This document shows, one piece after another, positions 38,621 to 48,492 of a stretch of 64,000 nucleotides of DNA; the first letter of the stretch is position 1, and every line of letters starts with the position of its first letter. The notes beneath the pieces are model-generated. The model was not told where the DNA came from and did no database searches. It was given only the letters and a program-made list of their open reading frames with translations. Both the position numbers and the translations under genes were made by a program. Origin of the DNA: an uncultured Pseudomonadales bacterium (lineage in GTDB: Bacteria; Patescibacteriota; Microgenomatia; UBA1400; RBG-16-45-19); assembly GCA_964441155.1 (NCBI GenBank), contig CAYYKL010000004.1, forward strand, positions 5,103 to 69,102, given 5' to 3'.

Positions 38621-39751
38621 TTGGCCATATCCATGAGAGTACTTATTGCTTCCCAATTCCACTACAACGCTTTTAAAGGTGGCAATGAACAACACGCTCA
38701 CCAATTAAGTCTTGGGCTTGCTCAAGCTGGCCATGAGGTTGTCTATCTTTCAAGCTCTATTGTGAAACCTTATGATCTTACCTATCGACACGAAAGCTTA
38801 TCCGTTTATTCGTTATTAAATCAACTATTCCTCAAAAACGTATCTTTATCAGTTCAAACCGAACTGCAACATGCAGATATACTCCACGTGTTTGGATTTT
38901 CTCCGCTCATGCTTCAATTGCTTGCTCGTGCTAAAACACGCTCACCGCGATTACTGACCTATCCTGCCGACGCACAACCAAAAAATATTTTCCTGTCTAT
39001 GGTCAGCCAAGCACATCAACAGCTCATTCCTTATATGTGCGATAGCCTACTAACCACGACGAGCGCCTATGAGAAGAGGCTACGAAATCGATGGCCAAAC
39101 ATTCCCATACATCATGTTCCCCTAATGATTCCTGCTCATATTGAAGCAGATGCATTCACCAAAAAACAGGCTCGCATGAAGCTTTCATTAAATAAGGAAC
39201 AGAAGCATCTGCTTTGCGTGGCAGCGCTTAGCTCTCACCACTACTACAAGGGCATTCCGGTTTTGCTACAAGCATTACGTTTGTTGCCCCAAGACATTCA
39301 CCTGCATCTCGTTGGTGATGGCGATCAACTAGCGAAACTTATAATGCTAGCCGAAAAGTTGGGGATTTCAAGTCGCACGACCTTTTATGGATCGCTTAAT
39401 AACGAAGCTATGGCACCTTGGTATAAAGCTGCAGATCTTGTAGTGCTCCCGTCAACCTCACTTTCAGAGGGATTTGGTTTATCATTGCTTGAAGCGATGT
39501 ATTGCGAAACACCTTGCTTGACGACAACCATAATTGGTCCGGCTAAATATTATGCGGCTCACAAGCTATGTCACCTGGTAAAACCAAACGATTCACTCGC
39601 ACTTGCAAAAGCAATATCCACCGCTCTTAGAAGCAATAATGAGGCTATGATAACTCAAGCTAAAGCCTGGGCAAATACCCACACCACCAAAGCAATGACG
39701 CAAAAAACAATTTCTATATATAAAGCAACTCTGCAAAAACACAAGCTATGA
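38621..39751 (+). CDS. GT4 glycosyltransferase
   Basis: ...LHLVGDGDQLAKL...LPSTSLSEGFGLSLLEAMYCETPCLTT is the GT4 EX7E region. Confidence 0.75.
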   Translation: MAISMRVLIASQFHYNAFKGGNEQHAHQLSLGLAQAGHEVVYLSSSIVKPYDLTYRHESLSVYSLLNQLFLKNVSLSVQTELQHADILHVFGFSPLMLQLLARAKTRSPRLLTYPADAQPKNIFLSMVSQAHQQLIPYMCDSLLTTTSAYEKRLRNRWPNIPIHHVPLMIPAHIEADAFTKKQARMKLSLNKEQKHLLCVAALSSHHYYKGIPVLLQALRLLPQDIHLHLVGDGDQLAKLIMLAEKLGISSRTTFYGSLNNEAMAPWYKAADLVVLPSTSLSEGFGLSLLEAMYCETPCLTTTIIGPAKYYAAHKLCHLVKPNDSLALAKAISTALRSNNEAMITQAKAWANTHTTKAMTQKTISIYKATLQKHKL

Positions 39752-40914
39752 AGCCAAAGCAATTTCCTGAAATCTTATTATTTTTAAACGACAACCCTCT
39801 GCCATCTCTCTACACCAAAGGCGTTATTTCGGGAAAAGAACTTCGCCTGCGCAGCGCGCTTTATCAGGTAAAGGAAATTCATGTCCTGGCTCCCAAAGGC
39901 GCGTGGATGGGTGATAAGGACAATAAAGAAATTGGAAAACTTGAGAAAAAAGTTCATATCCACCACATCCCTACTTGGCCATATTACTTGAGAACTATTC
40001 CGTTATTTCTATGGGGGCTTTATGTAATGCGAAGCATAAAACCTGACCTAATTGAGGCTGAAAGTCCGATTATTTCTGGTCCAGCAGCGGTAATCTTGAG
40101 TAAATTGTTCGATAAACTCGTTGTTGTTGAAGTTAGAGCTTCGTATCACGAGCTTATTAAGCACAAGGTCACTTGGATTCCTTATGCACTAAAAAAGTTC
40201 ATGCTAAATTTAGTTTATCTAAGCACACTCAAACAGGCGTCAGGAGTTATTGCCAATTCGCGTTACTATCAACAAAGTTTGCGAGCTATGGGAATTTCTA
40301 GTGAGATAATTAACCCTGGAATTCAACTTCAATCAATTAAAGTGGCGCAATCTGTCAAAAAATCGAAGACAACCATTTTGGGATTTTTAGGCAGAATCGA
40401 GACAGAAAAAGGGGTGGAAATTCTATTAGAAGCGATGGAGATGGTGTTAAATCAAAAAGGATCTGCTCGAAATTTTAAGTTATTAATTGCAGGTGAAGGG
40501 TCACAGCGCGAAAGATTAGAATCATTTGTCAAGCAAAGTCCAATTTTAGAAAGTCGGGTGAAATTTTTAGGTTTTCAAAAACCATGTGATTTTTTTCCCA
40601 AGATTGACATTCTTGTTAATCCAAATATTGTTCGACATCCTCTTGAAATGGTTAATGTAGAGGCAGCCCACTATGGCAAACCCGTTATTTGCTTTGGTGA
40701 TGATCAAATTCCCGAAACGGTGATTCACAATAAAACTGGCTTTGTGGTGAATTCATTGGGTGCAACTTCACTTGCTCAAGGCATCAATGCTTTCGTGACT
40801 TCAAAATTTCTCTTAACGGATAGTGCTCGATTACTTCTGCTCAATCAGCACAATTTCACTTCCCAAGTTAAGGCTCTCAAGACTTTGTATGAGCGAATTA
40901 ACAAAAATATATAG
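39748..40914 (+). CDS. GT4 glycosyltransferase
   Basis: GFLGRIETEKGVEILLEAM...LLIAGEGSQRERLE...NVEAAHYGKPVICF. It overlaps the previous gene by 4 nt. Confidence 0.7.
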   Translation: MKPKQFPEILLFLNDNPLPSLYTKGVISGKELRLRSALYQVKEIHVLAPKGAWMGDKDNKEIGKLEKKVHIHHIPTWPYYLRTIPLFLWGLYVMRSIKPDLIEAESPIISGPAAVILSKLFDKLVVVEVRASYHELIKHKVTWIPYALKKFMLNLVYLSTLKQASGVIANSRYYQQSLRAMGISSEIINPGIQLQSIKVAQSVKKSKTTILGFLGRIETEKGVEILLEAMEMVLNQKGSARNFKLLIAGEGSQRERLESFVKQSPILESRVKFLGFQKPCDFFPKIDILVNPNIVRHPLEMVNVEAAHYGKPVICFGDDQIPETVIHNKTGFVVNSLGATSLAQGINAFVTSKFLLTDSARLLLLNQHNFTSQVKALKTLYERINKNI

Positions 40915-40922
40915 CGGCGATA

Positions 40923-42167
40923 TCAATTTTTGAGGTTTTTTATTACGGGGCGCAGAAGATTCCAACAAAAAATAATAAATGCAAGTATCGCTAGCGAACT
41001 AGACGCAACCAAAACATTGTTAGCAATCTCTTGAATGCTATCGTTAAAGACCATCATGAGCAAAATCTCCTCGCCCAATGCAAGAAGAACGAGGACAGTA
41101 AAAATAAACTGTCCTCTAAGCATTTTGTACAATGAAATCAACAAGGCCAGCGACAGCAAGCCGCATGCCACCAAGTATGGCAATGCGTATGGCATAATTA
41201 AATGATATCGGTCACCTAGCATTAATCCAATGCTATATGCTGGCAGCGCCGTGTAAATGCCTATTAATGACGCTATTATCCCTGATGCTCCGATAAGCAC
41301 CGCTATCATAAGTTTTCTCCGTTGATTTTCGAAAGACAAAGATGGGGCAATTAGGGGAGTGATTAAAATATAAAAACTTTGCATTATAAAAAATATTGTT
41401 TTCCCAACCAAACTCAAGAGCGCATAGGTACCTGCTTGTTCAGGTGGTAAGTATTTTTTAGCGAAAAAAATATCCACCGTAAGTAAGGCTATAACGCCAA
41501 TTCTGGCAATCATAATTTTAATTAAAAATATCCAGTGGGATCGTTTTAACTGACTAGTATTGCGAAACAATCTTATTATTTGATTACCTTCACCATAAAG
41601 ATAAAAGAGCAACACAATTATTGAAGAAGACAAAATTGCGGCCACAATAATTTCGAACGCACGAGGATTATCGGTTGATAGCCAGGTCAACAAAACTTTG
41701 GCGGTTGCCTCGAGCAGCAATCCCACCCCAACTAATACAAAAAATAGTCTTGCTTGCAAGAAACCTCTAATCCATGCAATGGGAAACATGAGAAAAATCG
41801 TCAGGGCACTCAAACTTAAAATTAACCATGAGTTGGGAAAATTAAAATAGCTACTCCACCATGGGGAGCCGATTAAAAAGATGCCTGCGGCAATTAAACC
41901 CCAATATATCGCCAATTTACCAAAGGCTGCGGTAATAGCTTTTGCTTCAGTCGAGTTTTTTGCTGCATAGGTATTAGTTGCGACTGCAATGGCGATACTT
42001 GCAATCGACACTAAAGTAATACTATTGGTCAGCAAGGCTAAATTCCCCATATCTTCCAAACTCAAGGATTTATTAGCAATAAGTGCAAAAAGCCAACCTG
42101 AAGCATTGGCGACTAATCCAGCCAGCCAAAAAAAACCAATCGAAAGTTTATTTTTTGAAATTCTCAT
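40923..42167 (-). CDS. Wzx-like (MOP family) polysaccharide flippase
   Basis: 414 aa with about 12 TM segments. The N-terminal ...LSLEDMGNLALLTNSITLVSI... is the polysaccharide-biosynthesis-protein signature. Confidence 0.5.
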   Translation of the reverse strand: MRISKNKLSIGFFWLAGLVANASGWLFALIANKSLSLEDMGNLALLTNSITLVSIASIAIAVATNTYAAKNSTEAKAITAAFGKLAIYWGLIAAGIFLIGSPWWSSYFNFPNSWLILSLSALTIFLMFPIAWIRGFLQARLFFVLVGVGLLLEATAKVLLTWLSTDNPRAFEIIVAAILSSSIIVLLFYLYGEGNQIIRLFRNTSQLKRSHWIFLIKIMIARIGVIALLTVDIFFAKKYLPPEQAGTYALLSLVGKTIFFIMQSFYILITPLIAPSLSFENQRRKLMIAVLIGASGIIASLIGIYTALPAYSIGLMLGDRYHLIMPYALPYLVACGLLSLALLISLYKMLRGQFIFTVLVLLALGEEILLMMVFNDSIQEIANNVLVASSSLAILAFIIFCWNLLRPVIKNLKN

Positions 42168-42239
42168 CTTCGGTAGTGTAGCATTCGAAGTGAGCGACTT
42201 AAACTGAAACGTGACTTACGTATTGGCAATGGAATTCAA

Positions 42240-42968
42240 TTATATATTTCTCGCGCAAATGAAAAAACTTCGATCCACTTTGGAGAGATGAGTGGGTACT
42301 AAACTATGCCTAATAACTTTGAGTCCTTTGCTTTGCAAGTATTCCTTTAGCCAGTGCTTCGGAGATCGATCCATAAACGTCAAGTTCTTACTCCATTGCA
42401 TATTTCTCTCATCTTCTTGTCCTGTTTCGAAAACAAAGTAACGGCATTTCTTCACCAAAGCATCAACAATTTGATCTGCAGCTTTAAACCCTTGAAAGGT
42501 AACTAGATGATGAAAGACACTGAGTAAAGAAATCATGTCGAATTTTTCTAATCCTCTGGCTATTTGAGGAGTTAGGTATTGATAGATAAATTTAGTATTT
42601 GGTGTTTGATTAAGTACTTCAAGAGATTTTGCGTAATAGTATGCCCGCCTGTCTTGCTCAATCCCTGTAGCTTGAATATGAGAGTTTTCAGCGATTTTAA
42701 ATACAAAGTAGCCCAGCTGAGAACCAATATCTAAATATGAATGGATTTTTTTAAGATTAATGTTTTCAGAGATTAAATGTAAACGATCATCACAAATTCT
42801 CTTGTGACTATTTGGTTTGAGATACCGGATGTAATTGGGATTATATGTGGGCTGATATAGCTCAACGAATTGAGTTGCTTGAGCAAAATTGAGGTAAAGA
42901 TAAGAAAGTGTTTTTTTAATCATCGCTTTCAAGTACCGATAATACTTTATTAAGTTCTGCTTGATCAT
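42240..42968 (-). CDS. SAM-dependent methyltransferase (class I-like)
   Basis: YLDIGSQLGYFVFKIAE is motif I-like. The start may instead be the internal Met at 42923, which would reduce the overlap with the upstream gene. Confidence 0.5.
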   Translation of the reverse strand: MIKQNLIKYYRYLKAMIKKTLSYLYLNFAQATQFVELYQPTYNPNYIRYLKPNSHKRICDDRLHLISENINLKKIHSYLDIGSQLGYFVFKIAENSHIQATGIEQDRRAYYYAKSLEVLNQTPNTKFIYQYLTPQIARGLEKFDMISLLSVFHHLVTFQGFKAADQIVDALVKKCRYFVFETGQEDERNMQWSKNLTFMDRSPKHWLKEYLQSKGLKVIRHSLVPTHLSKVDRSFFICARNI

Positions 42969-43896
42969 GGTTTAGGTTCTGGGCTATGTCAATCATGAGT
43001 TTTGCTATGCAGCAAGTCTCAACAAAATCGGAAATAAACGCCTGATTAATCCAAGACTGCGTTGCTTGCAAAGACAATGTATATGACTTGAAAGCATTAA
43101 CAAACGCATGGTAAGTTGGGCGTCTGCGTGAGAAATTTTTAACGTACGCCATCAAAAGTATGTGGTCATACAGCACAAGAAACTTGCTAGAATTTTCAAA
43201 ATCAATGAAACGATAAATGGAATTATTAACTAAAATATTATCCAGATTCAAATCTCCATGGATATGCGCAATTGGCACGGCAAATGACTTATGTTCTAAG
43301 AATTTCTGCAACTTTCTTGTCATTCTATGGGGATGCTTACGTACGTGTATTGGCAACTCATTAATCTTAGCTATGAGTGATTTTGTGAGCACATGTGAAG
43401 AACTTAATTGTTGACTCTTTTCATGCATAGGAGTGATGGCCGTTAAAACTGATTGAGTTTTGCGCAAATAATGATCAGGAATGAACGAATCAATCAGACT
43501 TCTCCCCGGAATCAATGTTTCACTACTATGCATGATTCCGGCAGTGGATGTTTTCAGCGAGATAGGCTTGGGCACTACATCTACGAGCTTGCGCTGCAAA
43601 AAAGAAAAGTTATTTTTGAGCCTTTGATCACCGATAGCACTTAAGCTGATTCTAACAACAACTTGATCTTCGTAGTCGAGGATAGTAAGACCATGAAAAT
43701 TTGTTTTTACCCGTAGCCCACGAATGTTTTTATGAGCAAGCTCAGTGATTTCATGAGCTAAAAATGGAGATATCCAAACAGGCACTGGAAGTATTGTGTG
43801 TTGACGAAAAATTCTTGGAAACACTCTTTTGTGCTCCCAGATCAAAATCCATCCTGATTTTGGCTTCTGACTAATGTGAATGAGCCCAGATTGCAT
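42916..43896 (-). CDS. APH/kinase-like phosphotransferase (possible sugar or lipid kinase)
   Basis: IAHIHGDLNLDNILVNNSIYRFIDFENS carries the HGDLxxxN catalytic loop and the DFE metal-binding motif. Confidence 0.6.
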   Translation of the reverse strand: MQSGLIHISQKPKSGWILIWEHKRVFPRIFRQHTILPVPVWISPFLAHEITELAHKNIRGLRVKTNFHGLTILDYEDQVVVRISLSAIGDQRLKNNFSFLQRKLVDVVPKPISLKTSTAGIMHSSETLIPGRSLIDSFIPDHYLRKTQSVLTAITPMHEKSQQLSSSHVLTKSLIAKINELPIHVRKHPHRMTRKLQKFLEHKSFAVPIAHIHGDLNLDNILVNNSIYRFIDFENSSKFLVLYDHILLMAYVKNFSRRRPTYHAFVNAFKSYTLSLQATQSWINQAFISDFVETCCIAKLMIDIAQNLNHDQAELNKVLSVLESDD

Positions 43897-43919
43897 ACTA
43901 GATTCATACCAAATAGTTT

Positions 43920-44615
43920 CTATTTTCTCAAAACGGCAAGTAGATAAGCAGCATGCAAGGAATCAATTTTTGCACAAATGCTATTGAGTGGATAAGGCAA
44001 GGGATAATATCCAACACCCTTCGCTTGTTGAATGCTAAATCCATGCAATCTTGCTAGATCGGTCAAGCCTCTTGGGGAAAAGACACGCAGATGCGCTTGC
44101 ATTTCGTCAATTTTTTGATTGTAGTTGGGATGGGCAGGATTACCCACAAATGATTGGTCTGAAACTTGTGTCGAAAATGGCTGCCAACCAAACAAAAGCG
44201 AGAAAATATTGTGCCATGATGCCAAATTAGGAGTGCACACAATTGCCCAACCACCAGGCTTCAAGATACGATGCATTTCTGCCATCATAAGGTCTGTTTT
44301 CGCCACATGCTCAATAACCTGATTACAAATAATTCCATCGACACTTTTATTTTTGAGTGGCAAGGGCTGATTGAAGTCGGAAGCAATCGCGTGTCCTCGA
44401 CGCTTTATAAAACTTCTTAATGTGGACAACTCGTGATCAATGCCAATTATTGTTTTAGCGCCAACAAATTCACCCAAATGAAAACTTTCAGCTCCATCGC
44501 CACACCCCAAATCAACGAGGATTTTCGCCTGCAATTTTTTTGATTCGCTGATTACGGCTTCTCTAAAAACAGCTTCATTTTGCCTGGTAATAGTTGATTG
44601 TCGACTCCGTTTCAT
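43920..44615 (-). CDS. Class I SAM-dependent methyltransferase
   Basis: VDLGCGDGAESFHL (motif I) ... ILKPGGWAIV (post-II). Confidence 0.8.
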   Translation of the reverse strand: MKRSRQSTITRQNEAVFREAVISESKKLQAKILVDLGCGDGAESFHLGEFVGAKTIIGIDHELSTLRSFIKRRGHAIASDFNQPLPLKNKSVDGIICNQVIEHVAKTDLMMAEMHRILKPGGWAIVCTPNLASWHNIFSLLFGWQPFSTQVSDQSFVGNPAHPNYNQKIDEMQAHLRVFSPRGLTDLARLHGFSIQQAKGVGYYPLPYPLNSICAKIDSLHAAYLLAVLRK

Positions 44616-44621
44616 ACATCC

Positions 44622-45539
44622 TTATCTTTTCACCATTTGCCATACATAAGGGTTCTTGCCCATAAGATTGTAATCAATCCACCCCATAAGTCTTGATGAA
44701 ATCTCAAGAATAATCAAGCTTAAAAGAGAAGATAAGCTCGTGGGACTGCGCATAATATGACGGGCAATAATGGTAGCAATGAGTGGAAGATTAAGTGTTG
44801 CTACTCGATAATTGTATTGATGATTGACCCATTGATGCCCGGCAAAAACACGTCTTCTTTGCATAATAAAATCGGCAACTGTTTTCGGGCCAGAATTATA
44901 AACAATCGATCTAGGAGCGTATACGGTGCTGTATCCGATTAACTGCAATAATACCTCAATTGTTGCCTCATCAACCGCACTTTGTGGTGGAATTTGCCTG
45001 ACTATGTTTCGAAATGCAACCATCTCACCACATTTCGGTTTTACGAGAGATATTTCGTGGTGTAATTCCCACAACAAATGCACAACTTTCCCCATGGAAG
45101 TGCTTATACTATTGGTGGGTTTTGGGTGAGCTCCCACCATACCGACATCGGGTTGCAAAAAAGGAACAAGTATCTCTTCAATCGCTTTTTTATGCAGTCG
45201 CAAATCAGCACTCACGGTAACAACAATGGGCGATTTTGCATGTGATAAAAACAGGTTAATTGCCGCTGATTTGCCTTGACGCTCAGCTTGTGTGTAGAGC
45301 TTAATTTTGGGATTCGATTGGGATTTCTTAACCACCAACTCATTTGTTTTATCATTGCTTCCAGATGAAACAACAATTATTTCTTCAATTTTTGTCAGGT
45401 TAAGCACTTGTTTTTCAATAGAATCTATTGTCGCATTGACGTTTTTTTCTTCGTTGTGAGCAAAAATTCCTATGGTTACTTTTAGCTGCTTTTGTTTAAT
45501 TGGTATTAATTTAGTCGGAATCATCGCTGCATTGAGCAT
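44622..45539 (-). CDS. Family-2 glycosyltransferase
   Basis: KVTIGIFAHNEEKNVNATIDSIEKQ...IIVVSSGSNDKT. Confidence 0.75.
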   Translation of the reverse strand: MLNAAMIPTKLIPIKQKQLKVTIGIFAHNEEKNVNATIDSIEKQVLNLTKIEEIIVVSSGSNDKTNELVVKKSQSNPKIKLYTQAERQGKSAAINLFLSHAKSPIVVTVSADLRLHKKAIEEILVPFLQPDVGMVGAHPKPTNSISTSMGKVVHLLWELHHEISLVKPKCGEMVAFRNIVRQIPPQSAVDEATIEVLLQLIGYSTVYAPRSIVYNSGPKTVADFIMQRRRVFAGHQWVNHQYNYRVATLNLPLIATIIARHIMRSPTSLSSLLSLIILEISSRLMGWIDYNLMGKNPYVWQMVKR

Positions 45540-45663
45540 ACACTACTCCAAATGTGCTCACAAGAAGTGACAACTATTTCAAATAACTCCCTCCGCGCGC
45601 CATGCGCTCACTATTTATTGGGTTATAATGGACACTGATGATGAAAAAGCCACATCATTTAGC

Positions 45664-45736
45664 GCCGGAGTAGCTCAGTTGGTAGAGCAATGGTATCGTA
45701 AACCATGGGTCGTGGGTTCGAATCCCACCTCTGGCT
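45664..45736 (+). tRNA. tRNA-Thr (anticodon CGT)
   Basis: GCCGGAGTAGCTCAGTTGGTAGAGCAATGGTATCGTAAACCATGGGTCGTGGGTTCGAATCCCACCTCTGGCT folds as a cloverleaf. Anticodon loop ATCGTAA. Confidence 0.85.
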
Positions 45737-45809
45737 CACACACAAACTCGCATCGATGCATGAAAAAACAAATGAATGTTTAATCAAAAAGTATTGATAG
45801 AATTAACGT

Positions 45810-46532
45810 ATGTCAAATCACTACCGCTCTAGACTTGAAAAAACCGAATCAAAGCGGTTTGCCAAACAGGCAATGATGTTGGGTATTGCCACCCTGATTT
45901 TGCTTGTTGTCCTCATTATCATTGGCATTCCTGCATTAACCAAACTGGCTGTCTATTTTAGTGGAAGTCAGAGTGGAGCCGACACTGAACTCGTTGATAC
46001 TATGGCACCACTATCTCCCCAAGTAAACACTGTTCCTGAAGCAACTAATAGCGCAAAAGTGTCATTGTCAGGTTTTGCTGAGTCAGGATCGGAAGTGCTC
46101 CTCAAAAAAGATGATGTCGAAATTCAGAAATCAATTGTTGACGCTGTGGGATCATTTAGTTTTTCAAGCGTTCAGTTGGAAAAAGGAATGAACGAATTCA
46201 GGTTAACTGCAGTTGACTTAGCTGGCAATGAGAGTCCACCGACCCCGCTTTTAAGCATTGACTACGACAACGAAAAGCCAAAGCTCTCCATTTCTAATCC
46301 CAAAGAAGGAAGTAAATTTTTTGGCTCAAGTGAGCGGCTCATTTCAATTGTTGGTGAAACTGACCAAAATACGCAGGTCACCTTAAACAAGCGTAGCTTA
46401 GTTGTCGATAGCAATGGTAACTTTACTACCTCACACGAATTAATCGAGGGTGACAATCAGCTAGAGATAATCGCCACTGATACAGCTGGAAACGCCGCCT
46501 CTACCACGATCAAGGTTTCTTACCAACCTTAA
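45810..46532 (+). CDS. Membrane-anchored protein with two bacterial Ig-like domains
   Basis: N-terminal TM. The repeated ...V.L.G.AE.GS.V.L..DDVEIQKS.VDA.G.FSFS.V.L..G.N...L.AVD.AGNES... / ...VVDSNGNFTTSHELIEGDNQLEIIATDTAGNAAS pattern is typical of Big-like domains. Confidence 0.4.
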   Translation: MSNHYRSRLEKTESKRFAKQAMMLGIATLILLVVLIIIGIPALTKLAVYFSGSQSGADTELVDTMAPLSPQVNTVPEATNSAKVSLSGFAESGSEVLLKKDDVEIQKSIVDAVGSFSFSSVQLEKGMNEFRLTAVDLAGNESPPTPLLSIDYDNEKPKLSISNPKEGSKFFGSSERLISIVGETDQNTQVTLNKRSLVVDSNGNFTTSHELIEGDNQLEIIATDTAGNAASTTIKVSYQP

Positions 46533-48492
46533 ATCCCTGCCTCAGCTCCTGTAATCTCTTTTTCTCGCTGGAAGCCAGCTCCAAGCTTGCAATCATCCAC
46601 CATATGAGTACGAAAGGGTAGAAAAAGGAATTATTGAAAAGTGAATGAGTGAGAATTGCGACAAGACTAAAGATTTGAAAAGGATACTTTCTAACAGAAA
46701 TACTAAAGCTCAATAAAAAATAAGAAAAACTGATCATGCCAACTATTCCCGTGGTAGCCAAAATAAGCACAAAACTATTATCCGGAGAAGAAGGATGGTA
46801 GGGAATCAGGGGATCATGTGATTGAGGCAAGGTGAACGTGCGATACGAGTTATACCCTATGCCAATATATGGGTGATCTTTAAAAATATCCCAACCAGTA
46901 ACAATGCTGCGAGCACGATGAACAATGGAATACGTCCTCGTGAGGTTTACTCCTTCTCCGCCTGGTTTTATAAGACTACTAAATGCTAAGAGACTTACTC
47001 CCAAAACTGTTATATACAATAGCGCTTGTTTGAAATACCGCAAAGAAACTACACTTGATGCAGCAAACGCAATAAAGGCTGCATAAGAACTTCGAGAATA
47101 GGTAAGTCCCAAACTGACCATGACGATTGATCCCAGCAAGTGCTTGAGAGTTTTCCCATAGGCAACGATATACATGCTAAAAAGCACAATGAGTAATCCC
47201 AGAAAATTAGGATCAAATAATGAACCAATCATCCGATAATAGTGGTCATCCCAACCGTAGTCGAGCAACCACCGCATGTCAGGCATAAACAAGTATTGCA
47301 ACCAGCCCAAAAAAAGATACATACATCCAAAATATTCGATAGCTTTTCTCCAAGAAAACGAAAGCCAATTGACTACAATCCCATCCCAGAGCATCCATCC
47401 AAAAGCCACATACGCAAGCCATCTCCACCAATATAACGCCGAAGGCAGCAGATTTGACTGTAGTTGATGAGCATTTACTAATAAACTGATTCCCATAACC
47501 AAAGAGAATACCAGTAAGCCCAGTGTCCAGGGGGCAATGCTTGGCAAGCGCCGCTTGGTAATAAGTAATCCTACCCAATTCACAACCGCCAACAGCATGA
47601 AGATTTCAAACAAATACACTGCAACACCAGGATTGAGCTGATATCGTGTGAGCTGTCCTAAGGGGACGAGCGCAACCGCGCAAAGGGCAAACATTTGTGC
47701 AAGGCGACCTAATTTCGAATTTTGACTTGTAGCTTGCAATGAGATAGTTAGCTGATGAAATCGCACTAGCGCAGAGTGAATACTCATGAGCATTGCGTAA
47801 TACAAACCTCTTCTCCCATCTCTCCACCCTGAGCGCATGACATAGTTTTGGAAAAACTTCGCCGTTGGATATGCCAAAACTTCTAACCATGTCCAAGGTA
47901 TGCCTTGCTCAAATTTTGACAGTGCTACTTTTTTTGCATATATGTTAATTTTTTTAATTGAAGTCAGAAATGACTTATGAGAATAATGCATAAGACTTCC
48001 GTGAATTACCTCTGTCTTCTTGAAGTTCCAGACTTCATGCACTCGTCCTGACCAGGTTTGACTGGTCTTTGGACCCAAGCGCACTAACTTCACGTTTCCC
48101 ACTTCACCAAACGCTACCTTTTTACCCCACAAATAATCTTCTCTCTTGATGGAGTATCCTTTGGATTTAGCAGGCAAAGCACAAATTTTTTTAACACTCT
48201 CGATTGCTCTACTATCCAATCGCTCATCAGCATCCAAAAACATCACCCAGGGGTTCGTTGCTTGAGCCAGTGCCCAATTACGAGCCGCAGCAAAATCATC
48301 ACTCACAGCATGCTTGAGGATTTTAACTTTGTGCTGCCGCGCCTCTTCAAAAGTTGCGTCAATCGAATCATCATCAATAATGATAATTTCCTTAGCAAAA
48401 TTGAGCGTCGGCAACAATTCGCGTAAATTCTGCGTTTCATTTTTCGCTAAAATCACAATGGTGAGTGGTAACAGCTTATGTTTTTTGATCAT
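46510..48492 (-). CDS. Fusion of an N-terminal GT2 glycosyltransferase and a C-terminal Wzy/O-antigen-ligase-like (Wzy_C) polytopic membrane domain
   Basis: LPLTIVILAKNETQNL...IIIDDDSIDAT...DDFAAARNWALAQATNPWVMFLDADERL is GT2, followed by about 10 TM helices. The conserved loop ...GLTYSRSSYAAF...HPYIGIGYNSY...PDNSFVLILATTGIVG resembles Wzy_C. The likely start is Met 48492 (MIKKHK...), 4 nt into the upstream gene, rather than 48552. Confidence 0.6.
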   Translation of the reverse strand: MIKKHKLLPLTIVILAKNETQNLRELLPTLNFAKEIIIIDDDSIDATFEEARQHKVKILKHAVSDDFAAARNWALAQATNPWVMFLDADERLDSRAIESVKKICALPAKSKGYSIKREDYLWGKKVAFGEVGNVKLVRLGPKTSQTWSGRVHEVWNFKKTEVIHGSLMHYSHKSFLTSIKKINIYAKKVALSKFEQGIPWTWLEVLAYPTAKFFQNYVMRSGWRDGRRGLYYAMLMSIHSALVRFHQLTISLQATSQNSKLGRLAQMFALCAVALVPLGQLTRYQLNPGVAVYLFEIFMLLAVVNWVGLLITKRRLPSIAPWTLGLLVFSLVMGISLLVNAHQLQSNLLPSALYWWRWLAYVAFGWMLWDGIVVNWLSFSWRKAIEYFGCMYLFLGWLQYLFMPDMRWLLDYGWDDHYYRMIGSLFDPNFLGLLIVLFSMYIVAYGKTLKHLLGSIVMVSLGLTYSRSSYAAFIAFAASSVVSLRYFKQALLYITVLGVSLLAFSSLIKPGGEGVNLTRTYSIVHRARSIVTGWDIFKDHPYIGIGYNSYRTFTLPQSHDPLIPYHPSSPDNSFVLILATTGIVGMISFSYFLLSFSISVRKYPFQIFSLVAILTHSLFNNSFFYPFVLIWWMIASLELASSEKKRLQELRQGFKVGKKP

